A stretch of 57,562 nucleotides of DNA, counting the filler, from Sphacelaria rigidula (Eukaryota), in the NCBI GenBank assembly GCA_964200075.2. It is 7 parts of 7 records of this genome, joined end to end, with 100 filler letters (N's around TTAATTAATTAA, not from the genome) between each part and the next. Parts side by side here need not be neighbours in the genome. Positions count along the whole stretch, not along the records: positions 1 to 8,138 come from CAXNAA020012156.1; positions 8,239 to 16,376 come from CAXNAA020012157.1; 5 more parts are not named here. One strand, given 5' to 3'. Below the pieces are notes generated by a model. That model made no database searches, was not told the origin of the DNA, and saw only the letters and a list, made by a program, of their open reading frames with translations. Positions 1 through 11,700 of this stretch are shown here, one piece after another. How positions within the stretch are numbered: the stretch's first letter is position 1; every line of letters begins with the position of its first letter. The translations under genes and the position numbers were made by a program.

Positions 1-24
1 CCCCCCCCCTATCGTAGGATGACT

Positions 25-218
25 AAAAAAATTGCCCTTATTTCCATGATGTCTCTTACTTTTGTCTCGTACCCCCCGCATTCACCCATGCACATGATGT
101 CTTCTTGGTTTTCTTCGATGTCCTTCCATATTTTCTCGACTATGCTATTCCACCTTATTCCAGCCTGCCCTTTCGTCATTTTCTTCGACACAGTCCTATC
201 AACACTGGCTGGCAATCT
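25..218 (-). mobile_element. Non-LTR retrotransposon (LINE) fragment, region C-terminal to RT
   Basis: Translation KKMTKGQAGIRWNSIVEKIWKD...ECGGYETK is clearly homologous to KNVTKGQARMRWNSIVEKVLK...ECGGYKTK in the longer fragment at 22280-23280. Confidence 0.7.
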
Positions 219-219
219 C

Positions 220-629
220 AGTCTGTCGAGTAAGGATCCGGGTCCGGGTGAACATTCTGTGCAGAACTCACAGATTTGTCGAGTAAGGGAATGTGAGCCT
301 TACAGAACTCACAGAAACTGTCGGGTCGGGTATGGAAGTTGCACTGAAAACCGTACCCGCAACCGGGTATATTATCGACAGCGTACCCGTTCCCCTCGGA
401 AACGGTACGGGAGACATACGAAACTCACAGAACTATCGGGTAAGGGAATGAAAGTCTTACAGAGACTACAGAACTGTCGGGTACCGGTATGAAAGTCTTA
501 ATTAAATCACAGTACTGTCGAGTACCGGTATGGAAGTCTTACAGAAATCATAGAACTGTCGGGTACGGTAAATACCCGGGAAAATACCCGGGGTTTACAG
601 AAAACCGTACCCTACAGAACACTACCTTG
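220..629. mobile_element. Truncated P-like MITE with internal ~40-bp tandem repeats
   Basis: Repeated unit approx. tacagaactcacagaaactgtcgggtaccggtatggaagtct. Right end gtaccctacagaacactaccttg matches the CAAGGTTGTGTTCTGTAGGGTA terminal inverted repeat (TIR) of the element at 19454-19677. Left TIR not seen. Confidence 0.65.
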
Positions 630-719
630 AAAGCCTTGATTTAGACGGCATGAATTCCCTGCTGCGTCATCACATCGTTCTTCATCCTTTCTCCTGTTCC
701 TCAAGAAGATGAATCTCAC

Positions 720-3700
720 CTTATCAAGTCCATCGGCCCTGCACGTCTCGTCTGTCCTTCTCGAGCGCTCGCCCCCCTATCATCAGAAAGTAGCCCTCCC
801 ATACCTTTCGTCCCTCGTTCCTGAAGGCGCGCGGGAGTAACTCCAGCCGCCGGCGCCGCCGATCCACCCATAAAAATATCGAGGTTCCACGAAGGGCCAT
901 GTGTTTCTGGCGGCTTCACGAGCTGCGACCCGGCAGAACTACCACCAGGGAATGGCAGTTCGGCGACCACGGTACTAGTCTCCGCAATTGCTCCAGATCC
1001 CGACCCGATTGTCGCCGCCGCATCCACCACCGCCGCGGCCGGCGGTGCCGACTGGAAATCGTCAAACGTATCATCAGCCCAGTTATCATCGTCATCTTCC
1101 TCGCCCTCCTTGCCTCCCGCGGCCGTGCCCACATTTTTGGCATCGTCCACAGCCGAAAATTTTAGTTGCTCAATCCCCCCCGCGCCAGCGCCGGTGGTCC
1201 CTAATGTGGTGCTATCAATGCCCCCTGCGCCATGGCCAGGAGCGGGCGCAGTCCCCCCCCTGGCGCGCTGTGGCGGCGGTGGCGATGGCGGCAAAGGCGG
1301 CGCGTGCCGGGGCATCGGAGGCATCGATTCATCGAGAGACGTGGGCGCGGCGGCGGTGAGCTGCGGCGGTTCTACCGTTTGGGCCGCCGACGAGAAGTCC
1401 GAAAATTCTGTGTCGAACGAGGAAGAAACGGGAACTGCTGTTGTTGCGGTCGCGGTCGTTGCCGATGCTGACGCAACAGCCGGCGAGGATGGTTTAGGAG
1501 GGCTACTTGAAAAGGATGCCTTGAATGGTACCGAAGGGGGGTCCCGTGGCGCCGTCTGTGGCATCGAGGGCGCACTCGGGCCTTCAACTTTTGAGAATGT
1601 TACGGCCGCTGCGCCGGAGGGCGATGAAGTGGCTGTGGGCGGTTTCACAGACGATGATAATGGCCGCGTCGTAGATCCTGACGGCGGGCTACGAGAGCGT
1701 CCAAACGAGCGACCATGGATCAGTCCTGGTGGCGGCGGCGGGGGTGCTGATGATGGTTCGACGACCCGACCACCACACGACGGTCGAGAGCTCCACGTCG
1801 GGCCGGCAACTTTCTCCGTCGCAGTTGTGGCCGGCAGTGCTTTTGAGGCGGCGGTGCGAGCATGCATGGAGGCTCTTGACTGCTTGGAGTGACGCGTGTT
1901 GTCGTGGAGTTGATCAAATGGTTCATCCAACCCCAGGCTGTCCCGTACCGGGCGAATACCTCGCAGGATACAAGATCTCGCCCATGCGCCGAGGTCCGAG
2001 TGTGTTCGTGCGCGCCGGCAGGGTTTCGAGTAACGCTGTCGGGATGGTGGGAAGGAGGGACAGCGATTAGAAGGGGAAACGGGTATCAGACGTTAAACAC
2101 ACATGGAATGTGTTCGTTCGGTTCGAGGGAGTGAAGGCGTAATGAAATGATGCTCTGGCAACCGTGTATGTGCGCCGCGTGTTTTCTGTACATCATGTCT
2201 TTCGTCGTCACTGAGGATTTTGCTCAGACTAGGTGCAGTTGTTATCCAAAAGTAGCAGAGTGATGCTGTTTTCCCGGATGAGACCCTGACACCCCAAAGA
2301 GCACTAAAGAGCCGATATAAGCACAAGAGAAAACCATGAAAACCCTCGCTTGCGGTGTCTTCCCTCCGACCAAAATCCAACACCAAGAGCAACACAGTCT
2401 ACATTATTTTGCTTACACAGGTACCCAACAACGATAAAAGTGCACTGCAATATCTCAGCTAGACATCAATTGGCGGTTTTGCAACAAAGGTCAAGGGGAC
2501 AGACGTCAAGCACAACTCACCCGTAATACGCTGCAATCCACCAACAACTCGAAGGGCATTCCCGCGCCTTCGGTACAGCCAGCGTCGCGCATTGCTTGCC
2601 CTGGAATCCCTCCCTCCTCCACGGCACCGAGTACCCGATCGAACACAGCTACGCTGACCAAGAGCATTCTGTCGGTCGTCGCTGCCACCGCTGGCTTCGC
2701 GGGCGCGACCTGGAAAAACAAACGAGACGAGACGTGGCTCTCGTATGACACAGGGACGCTGTGACAAGGGTGGGTAGATTTGGAAATGCGTTTTTTCAAA
2801 TACCGTAACGTGGACTGCCGTAGGATTGACGGTAAATATTATTGGCTTTGCCCAGTACATACTTTCGCTGTTCGAAAATAAATTTGAGAAAACAACAGAG
2901 TCCGAGAATATCTCGCCAAATTATGATCAAAGCAGGCCGGACTAAACTTTGAGCAGGCGGACGCCAAACGGTCAGAAAGACAGGCAAGGCATAATTCGTA
3001 GACTACCCTGTCACTCATAGCAACCGTGAAAACATAGACTCGATACTTCGACGCTATGCCATGACGCGTAGATACACAAATCAACCGAAAATTCCTCACC
3101 ATTTCCGAGCCGGTTTCCGTGCCCGTAATCCCCGGTGCTTGCACGGCCGCGCCTCCAGCGATTAGTCCTCCTCTCGGCTCCGCAAATGCATTCCATGACC
3201 CTGTCGCCTCCCCCCGTATCGCCTCCGGTACACTCTTCGTCTCCTCTACTGGTTTAGCTGGTACTTTCGCGTGATCTCTACTCACACGAATACCCCCGTT
3301 CGCACAATTTGTAGTCAACAATGGATTGTCAGCCTTATTCTGCATCTTCGATGGAATCTCCTGGATCTCCGGTGTTGCTCGTGATGATGATGACGGCAGT
3401 GGCGAAGTTGTCGGTTCTTGTATCGCAGGCGCTTCTTCGAAATCTCCGAAATCACCCCATTCTTCGTCTTCTTCCTCGAGCTGGTCGTTCTTCTCATCTT
3501 GCTCATCGGTAACGCCCCCATCATTGCCCCCACCCGCCCCCTTAGCTTCCGTCGCCATATTTGCGCTGTCTGTATCTTCGACTATACTCCGTGATACCGG
3601 GTTGACTGTAGCATCTGCTGCGCGAGATTCTGTATCAGCCACTGCTTTCCCTCCCTTCTCCATGTGCGTTGTCGCAACGTGCATGGCAGAATCTTCGAGG

Positions 3701-6382
3701 TCCCCTGAATCTGTCTTGCCTACCTCCGAACCCTCTTCCGCCGCAGGCTTCTCCACAAAGGTTCCCCAATCATCATCGTCTTCTCCCTTTTCCGTAACGA
3801 TAGCGATGTTGTCATCACCACCGCCGGAGAAACTTCCTCCAACCGGTAATACTTCCGCCGCTGTTTCTTGCGAAATTTCCGGTGTCGTGGGCTTGGAGGG
3901 TATGGTTGGGGGCTGCTCAAACTCTCCCCAGTCGTCGCTGCTTGCGTCGGCCTCTGGCCCAAGACACTCCGATCCAGAAGGCTCTACCAAAGGCGAGACT
4001 GTCCCGTCAGCCCCAATCGTGCCTGAAGATTCAGTCGAAATTCGTCCGGTGAGCTCACCATCTGTGGGTCCATCTGCCCTCTCTGATTCTCTCAAACCTG
4101 AACATGCTGTATCAGCACTACACGTTTCAGTATTCTCCGTAAAACGCGGCTCTTTCGTAGTCAAAACGGGATCTTCATTTTGCGTCACGATCGGTCCGTC
4201 CAAATCGGGTAGGACAAGTTCCTCCGATCCGCTACCGGTTCCTCCCTCGGGTCCCTCACGCTCTAGTGAAACTGGGTCTTTGCTTTCGGGGCACACCATG
4301 TGCTGCTCAGTTCCAGCCGGTAGCACTTCTGTTCCTGTTTCCGTTTCTGTCGACACCGGATCTTCCCTGTGATTCGACAGCCGGGGCCCTGATTCTTCAA
4401 CTTGGGACGGTTCTGTGAGGAGCACAAGTCCCACCTTCTTTTTCTCCTCTACCCCTTGGTGATCGTCCACGAGATTCGAACGCTCAGCAGCGGGAACTCC
4501 TCTACCCACCGTGGTAACTCCCGACAGCAATACACGTTCCTCCTCTCCTTCGACAGTTTCATGTACCGTCCATGCACGCCGTGTTGAGGAAACCTCATCT
4601 ACGGAACGGCCGCCGCCGCCACGATTGTCACTATCGTCATCACCGTTAACGTCCCCGGTAGCCTTCTGCACTGTCACCGTCATCGTATCACGCGACAGCA
4701 TCACTGCTTCCTCAGTCGATCCATCGTCCCTTCCTTGCTTCCCAATGCCACGACCACCATCATGCAGCACGTTTGCGTCTCCCCACTCTCCGTCCACTTT
4801 TTCGGCCCCCGCTCTACTGTCCTCGACGACCTCTGCCGCCGTCGGCTTGCGCTCGAGCTGTTTCTCGCGGGCCCGCATCCCGTGCGCCTCGTGAGCCAAA
4901 CCATCTCTACTATGCGAAAAATCTTCGTCTTCTTTGCTCAAGGACTCATGGCGCTCTTTACTCGAACATTCATGAAGTTTTCTCGGAGCGTCCCTGTCTT
5001 CGTTTATCAAAGACTGGTCATCATCAGGCGAGACAGTTTTTGTCCCAGAAACCTCCACCACAGATCCTACGTTTGCCCCTCCATCTTCTACTACCTCGTC
5101 TGCAGGTTCCTGCGGCATCTCCGCGGCAACCACCGTTGCTGACCCGACCCCACGGAGCAGCTCCGAGTCTACAACCCCGTGCGCCGCCACCGCCACCCCT
5201 GCGGCAACTTCAACTTCAATATCATTCACATCAGGTATAAGTTGGATGATGTCGGGTGCTGCAACCGTATCGGTCACTGGGCTCGCAAGTTCCCCATGCC
5301 CGCTTGGCTGGATGACGTTCTGATCAAGCGAGATGATTGTTTGATGCGGCGGGATGATTTCTTCATTTGGCGGCATGTTGGATTCATCAGCTGATTGGGC
5401 GGTCATTTCGCTGGGCGGGACGATTCCTTCGGGGTGTTGGCAAGCGTTAGGCGCTAGCTCAGATTCGGCAGAAGGGAAGGACGGGGCTACGTCTTGCACC
5501 ACCTGCTTTGTCGTCGGTTCCCCAACTACAGTAGAGGCGGTGAAGTTTGTGCTATCTTCCCGAACAACATCTGCGAGTTCAGGCGATCGTCGTGCTTCCG
5601 CTTCGCCGCCGTCGCCACTGTCCGTTTCCTCGACCGCCGCAGCAGTCGCTATTCTCCCGAGATCGGACAGAGGCGAGTCGGCTGTCGCCGCTTCAACGTC
5701 TGTTAGCATAGCATGAGGGGGGGGTGTTATGAAATCAGAGCAAGATATATCGGAGGTTTCATTTTTGCGCATAACATCTTCGCGCACATGATCAACTTGG
5801 CCACCTCGAAATTCGGAATGAAAACATGGGCGCACGTCTCCACTCTTCTAGTAGAGAATGGGCCTGCATACAGGGGCAATTTCAGTGGTGGAATATGCAA
5901 CATCTGGCCAAACTTGTTGTTTATATCCCTCCTTCAGGGGTTCTTCAAAAGTTAGAGCTGTATTCAAAAAAATACTAACGCAATTGGGTTATCGCCTAAC
6001 GCACTGGAGGTCTGCGGTCTTGCGAGCTATCTTGTGTGTGTACGGACAAATATTGAAATACCGGACAACCATGGTTGAGTGCGTGTAACGCCCTCGATGA
6101 TACATTTCAGGACGTTGGAAGGTTCCCTTCCTCCGACAACGCAGTGTATCGCCGGTGTAACTGCTGTATTCTCCACACAGAGTAGAGGCTATAAATACAT
6201 ACTGCCGGCGCTACTGTTTTTCCAGACAGTTACTACAGTACTCGGTCCGGGCCGTAGATAACAACAACGCCTTCCGATTACATTCCTCGTCAACTTTGAT
6301 GTTCTTTGCAAGCGCTACTTGGATCAGCATCTGGAAAGTCGAGCCTCGAAAATTCATTGTCGGGAAGTGTGTTATCCTCCAT
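720..6382 (-). CDS. Large acidic low-complexity protein with multiple clathrin-adaptor-binding motifs (aftiphilin/gamma-synergin-like); 3'-partial
   Basis: Phase-compatible exons: 6382-6295 (tentative first exon MEDNTLPDNEF..., weak donor), 5699-3100 (acceptor ctaacag, donor ATG|GTGAGG; an alternative acceptor near 5847 is possible), 2709-2521 (ccag|VAPAKP...VLR|GTGAGT) and 2035-720 (gacag|RYSKP...MDLI AG|GTGAGA). Motifs: DDWGEFEQ, DDDDWGTFVE, EEWGDFGDFEEAP, SWNAFAE, TEFSDFSSA, NWADDTFDDFQSAP. The product call rests on motifs only. Confidence 0.75.
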
Positions 6383-6756
6383 AATACAATATATTGTGGG
6401 GCACAGCTTGAAGGCCGACTACCTCAAAAATGGAAGTCATGACAGCACGGGACTCGAAATACAGGTGTTGGGGTTAGCGACGACATGATAAACTGTTGTA
6501 CTGACGACGTGACAACGCAAACACGTGTTTTTTCCCCTACTATCTTGAGCGGTTCCTGTGGGACTTACTACCGTCACGAAAAATATCTACAGTAACGCGT
6601 TGGCTTTCCATGATGGCAACACCCAAAAGGATGGAGCGTTCCCTTCCGAAAAAAAAAATGATCCACATGAGAAGCACACCATACCTCAACAAGTACGCTG
6701 AATCGGGAAAGCTGAACGTTCGGAGGGAAAACTGTTATAAAAAATACGGCGCCTGA

Positions 6757-7952
6757 ACGAGCTGGGCCAGCCTAAAAACGGACATGAGCTCTCAAAGCGG
6801 TATATCAACGACACAGACGAGTTGGGCCGTGATCTGCATATCGTATCGATCGTCTAATCAAGGGGAATGTGTCCATCTGCTGAAAAATCTGGACCAATTG
6901 TCGATTAAACCCCGTGTCTAGTAATTCCTATACCGTACGGAGATAGCGTCCGCACTAAAATCTATATGAAACCCCGAACGATCCATTGAGCGGATGATGA
7001 CGATTTTTGGTGTGGACCTTCCCTGGAGCACGGGGAGACAGTAGATAACCTCACTTTCACCTGATTCGTTATCTATATCGAGATATGGCGCACATACTTT
7101 TACATACTAAAACCAATATATTACGATCAGAGGCACTAGATACTCTAAATCTGGATATCGCGTCTCAGTTTTTGAGCGTTGTGTTATGGAATTTGGCATG
7201 GAGAACTGCTAGTGCACAACAAAATAAGAAACACAATTTATTTTATTTTATTTTATTTTGCATTTTTTTCTCGTGTTTTTAGGGGAGTTTAGGGGAGAAA
7301 TAAACACTGCTCTCGGGCCTTATCTCAATTTTTCAGCTCAATTTTTAGAATTGTGATTTCAAACTTGGCATGGAGAACGACAGAGGTATGCTGAGTAGAA
7401 AAAAAACGGGCCTTCATTTTTTTTGGGAGAGGTTCGGGCGTTCTCGTAAAAATATGGTCGTTGCCACGCTAAAACGCCGTAAAACAGCGAAAAAAAATAA
7501 AGCAAAACCAACCTGATCCATTTTTCTTGGTTCATTACGACCTAGCGAGGTCCCGCACTAAGTTTCAAAACGCAAACACCAAACGTTGGCCGATAAACGG
7601 CCTGCGAATAGTGTTCCGAGTTTCGGCCGGCCCGGTTTTTCGAAAGTAAATTCACATTTTTTTTTTTCGAGTTGGGCAGTGAAATTTGGTATGAACTATC
7701 AACAGGGCATGAAGAAGAGCTATCTGTGGGGTCCCGACGGTTTTTTTTTTCATGAGTTAGGGGCAATGATCAGTTTTGAGATTTCAGTAAAATGTCCTTG
7801 ACTCATGAAAAAAAAAGCGTCGGGACCCCACAGACAGCTTTTCTTTATGCTCTGTTGATTGTCCATACCGAATTTCACTGTTCAACTCGAAGGAAAAAAT
7901 TGCGAATTCGTCTGCAAACTACAAATCTGCTTCTAGGCTCGCCCAGTCTGTA
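6757..7952. mobile_element. Non-autonomous TIR element (mariner-like ends) with a long internal inverted repeat
   Basis: Left end cgagctgggccagcct and right end aggctcgcccagtctgta are inverted. Homologous partial copies at ~15738-16120 and ~49550-50038. Internal hairpin arms ~7665-7765 and ~7792-7892. Confidence 0.6.
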
Positions 7953-8138
7953 CGAGCTGGCGCTGGCCCAGCCTAGAGGCGGATTTGAAGTCTGCAGGCG
8001 AACGCGCCGTCCAAAATGTAGAGTTGGAGCGTAAGATTTGGTATGGACAATGCATAGGGCATAACAAAAAATATTAGAAGCACCATAAGTTTTTTTTTTT
8101 CCGTGAGTTAACCCTTTTGGGACCGGACCCCCACTAAC

Positions 8139-8238
8139 NNNNNNNNNNNNNNNNNNNNNNNNNNNNNNNNNNNNNNNNNNNNTTAATTAATTAANNNNNN
8201 NNNNNNNNNNNNNNNNNNNNNNNNNNNNNNNNNNNNNN
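8139..8238. other. Artificial contig spacer (N44-TTAATTAATTAA-N44)
   Basis: Identical 100-nt spacers also at 16377-16476, 24615-24714, 32853-32952, 41090-41189 and 49327-49426. Confidence 0.97.
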
Positions 8239-8784
8239 TGAACACGGAAGGCGTCCGCGTAAGATGCCCAGTACCAATGTACCGCGCAGATATCGGAAAG
8301 GTTTTTAATGTGAAGACAACAACAACAACAACAACAGTATAGTCATCGCCTTTGCACAGAAACAGACGCGCAAAAAAAAAATGGTGGCCAGGTTGCCTAG
8401 CTTACGCAGTGAGTGGCGTGCTAAACAGCATCATCGCCAACCGACGTCAACCCCATACGGGGTCCATCCCTAGAAAGCCGGGACGGAGCACGCCGGGTTT
8501 TCGCAAGGCCAGAGGGGGAGAGGGGGGGCGTACTCATTTATTGCTTGGCTTAGTCGTTTGACCATTGACTACGCCTCTTTTTCGAGACGGAGTACGGGGA
8601 GGAGAGGGGGATCTTCTATTGCAGCAAGCCGCAAACGCCATTCGTACACGCTATTACCTTGTCACTATCCATGTACCATGTGGAAGTGCCTGCGCTCAAA
8701 ATCTTCTCACACGAGCATACGGCACCATTGCACAAAAGGGGTGCTTTTGTCCTCCAAAATCAACAGTTACAAAGCAGTTCGCAC

Positions 8785-11700
8785 CTGTTCGTGCTCTCCA
8801 CCGGGCACGATGAACAGACTGTGTCCCTTGTCCAGGTTGTATTGAGCAGTCTTTCTCCCGGCGTCGACGACGTGGCTCCACAAGGTCAGCTCTCGCATAA
8901 TCGGTGCGTAAAACAATACCGACGCTCCCAAAGCTCGCCACGATCGAAGCTTTTTTTTCACAGCGCATCGCCATCATCCATGAACAAGAGTCGGTGGGGA
9001 GAGCACGAGGGAGAAATATAGAACGGGAATACTCGTGCTCCTGGTTCATGAAAATCATTGAATGCTCTTTTTACCCGCTCCCCATGGTGCACGCAGTCGG
9101 AGAATTTCAACTGTCTGTCGAGGTCATGTCGACAATGATGTGCACACACAGGGTGGCTCAGGGTGAAGACCCCAAATGGGCTCATCCGCAAAACCTCACG
9201 CCGGAATTTGGTGTTGGACTCTGGAATTTGCACACATGTGCTGTAGATCGCCACAAAAACAAGGTGAGGACGTTTTTTTGGCCCGTTATCGGGGGTCCTA
9301 GGGTTTGGGGGGGGGGGGATCGCATGCCTTTTTGGGATCCTCGACAACCGGCGAAATGGAAAAAAAAAAAAAAGTGTCCTTAAACATTTCATGCTGACCT
9401 CAAGTACATGACGAAAATTTTCCACAGTCTAACACCAAAAAACGGCGTTAGGTTTTGCGGATGAGTGCGCTGAAATGTACCGTACCGGTACAACCTCCCA
9501 ATTATAGTAGTGGGCGGTCTAACTATTCATTTTGAAGCATTTTCTTCGAAATTGGCGATTTTTTTGGGCTCTTTTCTCTTGCCACCAGTTATTACATCAG
9601 AGATCTGAAGATATTTATATCCGCTCCATATTCCAAGCAAAAAAATTCATGTGTACTCAATATTCAGTGACCTACGGGCTGACCGGTCATCGGGGGTCCT
9701 GCGACGTTTTAGCCCAGATTCCTACTCTTCGGTATTTTGGGTAGATCGAGCCTGTCCCGATCATATTTCCAAAAAAAATGTTCAGTTTTTTTCTTTGAAA
9801 TTCTGCCTACTCATTGCACTAGAACCGAAAAACTGTGTTTCACGGTCAATAACACCCTCCTGATGAATGGGGGTATTTACCCGTTTTGCCCGATAACACC
9901 AACTAGCACTGACTTGGGCACTGTGTTTCAAGGGTGATGTGTTTATTGCACCAAAATCTACCGACGCTAGCAATTTCGAGTCCTATCGAAGATTAGTACG
10001 CGAGGAAAACCTCAAAACCCCGCTGAATAATTAGACCGCCCACTACTGTAGTTGACTCAAGCATAGGGCGCCTTCATCGAAGTGAAAACGACCCCCTTGC
10101 CATTAGTTCATCGACTTCGGCAACGAAGCTTCGTGCAAATGGTCCTCGAACTACCCCGGGACGAATACATTTTTATTTTTGTCGCTCTGAGGTATTCTGT
10201 ACCGGCTTCCATGGGTCTCCACGGTGGAGACCCACGGAAGCCGGTAAAGATCGGAGAACAATATTGTCTTCTATTTGGAGCACCAAGACCCACCGAAAAG
10301 CCAAGTTTTGGAGCGATCTGAGTTTTTCTAGTACAAATATAAGGGATAACTTCAAGAGGCTTTGTGGGTCTTCGGTGAATATCATCAGTCGAAATATGAC
10401 CACGCCAATATCACCGGAATACCATGGTTTTGGGTAAAATCCAATCCCATAGTAACCTTTCTCAATTATGTTTTCAGCCGTTACATCCTCGAGCTGATCG
10501 CGGTTACTACGATTTGAAGCATGTGGAGAGTGGGTGGAAATTGGGTTCGAAATTCGAATATATCATCTCGGAGCAATTTGAAGGCCACTGATCGGTCGAG
10601 ATAAATCACCAACCCTTAGCGCCACCCCTGTGGCCTTGAACCAAAATCCGGCTACATCGTCCTCTTCAATTGTCCACGGCGGTCAGTGCGATAGCATATA
10701 TCCGACTCTTGGATAGACACTGGGAAAGGCATTCGCTGATGAATTATTTTGGGCGTTCACCCTGAAGCAGCCTGTAGGATACTATTATAGCGGCCTCAGG
10801 AAGCCTTTTCAACGGTGTTTTCAAGTAGCATGAGTGCCGTTTTATTCGAGCGAATCACTCCGTGAAAATGAAAAAAAACAAGCACATGTACATACACGCG
10901 TGTAGGCGCTACTATACAACACCGAAGTGCAAGAGTAACAATGTCAGCCTGTAATCCATGTAGGAAAATTCGGCAGATCAGACACTTGTATTCGGAAGCG
11001 GAAAATGATTCAAAATACCTTGGGGAACGTCTTTCGTAGGATGCCGTCAAGAAGAATCCTGTAGGTAGACATCACTCCGTGCGGGTGTAAAGCAAAAATG
11101 AACTTCTCGTCGCCCACCATGTTGACGGCATCAAGCGCCGGATCGAGGTGCACCTGCAAATTGTATGGGAAAAGAAGACCATAAAGCACAACAGACGATA
11201 CAGGGTCCGCCGGGTGACCGATGGCTGCGCCTCAAGTATGATGCAGTGAGCCATGGTTCATTCCCAGAGCGGATGAACACTGCGGGTATGTTTCTCAACC
11301 CTTTAAGCGCCTAGGTCGCTCTTTGGGCGACAGTTTCCACGGGCACCTCAGTTAGTTCCATAGCGTTTGGAGAGGACTGGGAATAGTTGCTTTATTCAGT
11401 GCAGACAGACCCAGCGCCTGCACCGTGTGTCATGACTGTTATTGTGCAGGTGTGAGTCATGACCAGTACGTAAATACATGTGGTTGTGGCGCGCGGAGAC
11501 CACCACGAGCGATGGTCACGCCAGCAACACTTGCCGTCATGCTCATACGACGATTTCAATAGCCAAAGCCTGCAGATGCGCCGTTGTGTGTGGCCGCTCA
11601 TATCATGGGCATCAACTCAAAAATAGTCGGTGATCACGAGCAGGGATTCCGTCACCTTACGGTCCCCCGACGATCCTCATTCTATCGGTTACGAACAATG

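Noticed and set aside
2839..3099. C-terminal part of the 998-aa ORF as coding
   Set aside because: A strong donor ATG|GTGAGG at 3100/3099 and a composition change indicate intron read-through.
3326..4372. 348-aa and 260-aa plus-strand ORFs (also 1110-1892)
   Set aside because: Antisense shadows of GC-rich minus-strand exons.
8183..8194. Recurring TTAATTAATTAA as a biological motif
   Set aside because: Centred in N runs at fixed spacing; an assembly spacer.
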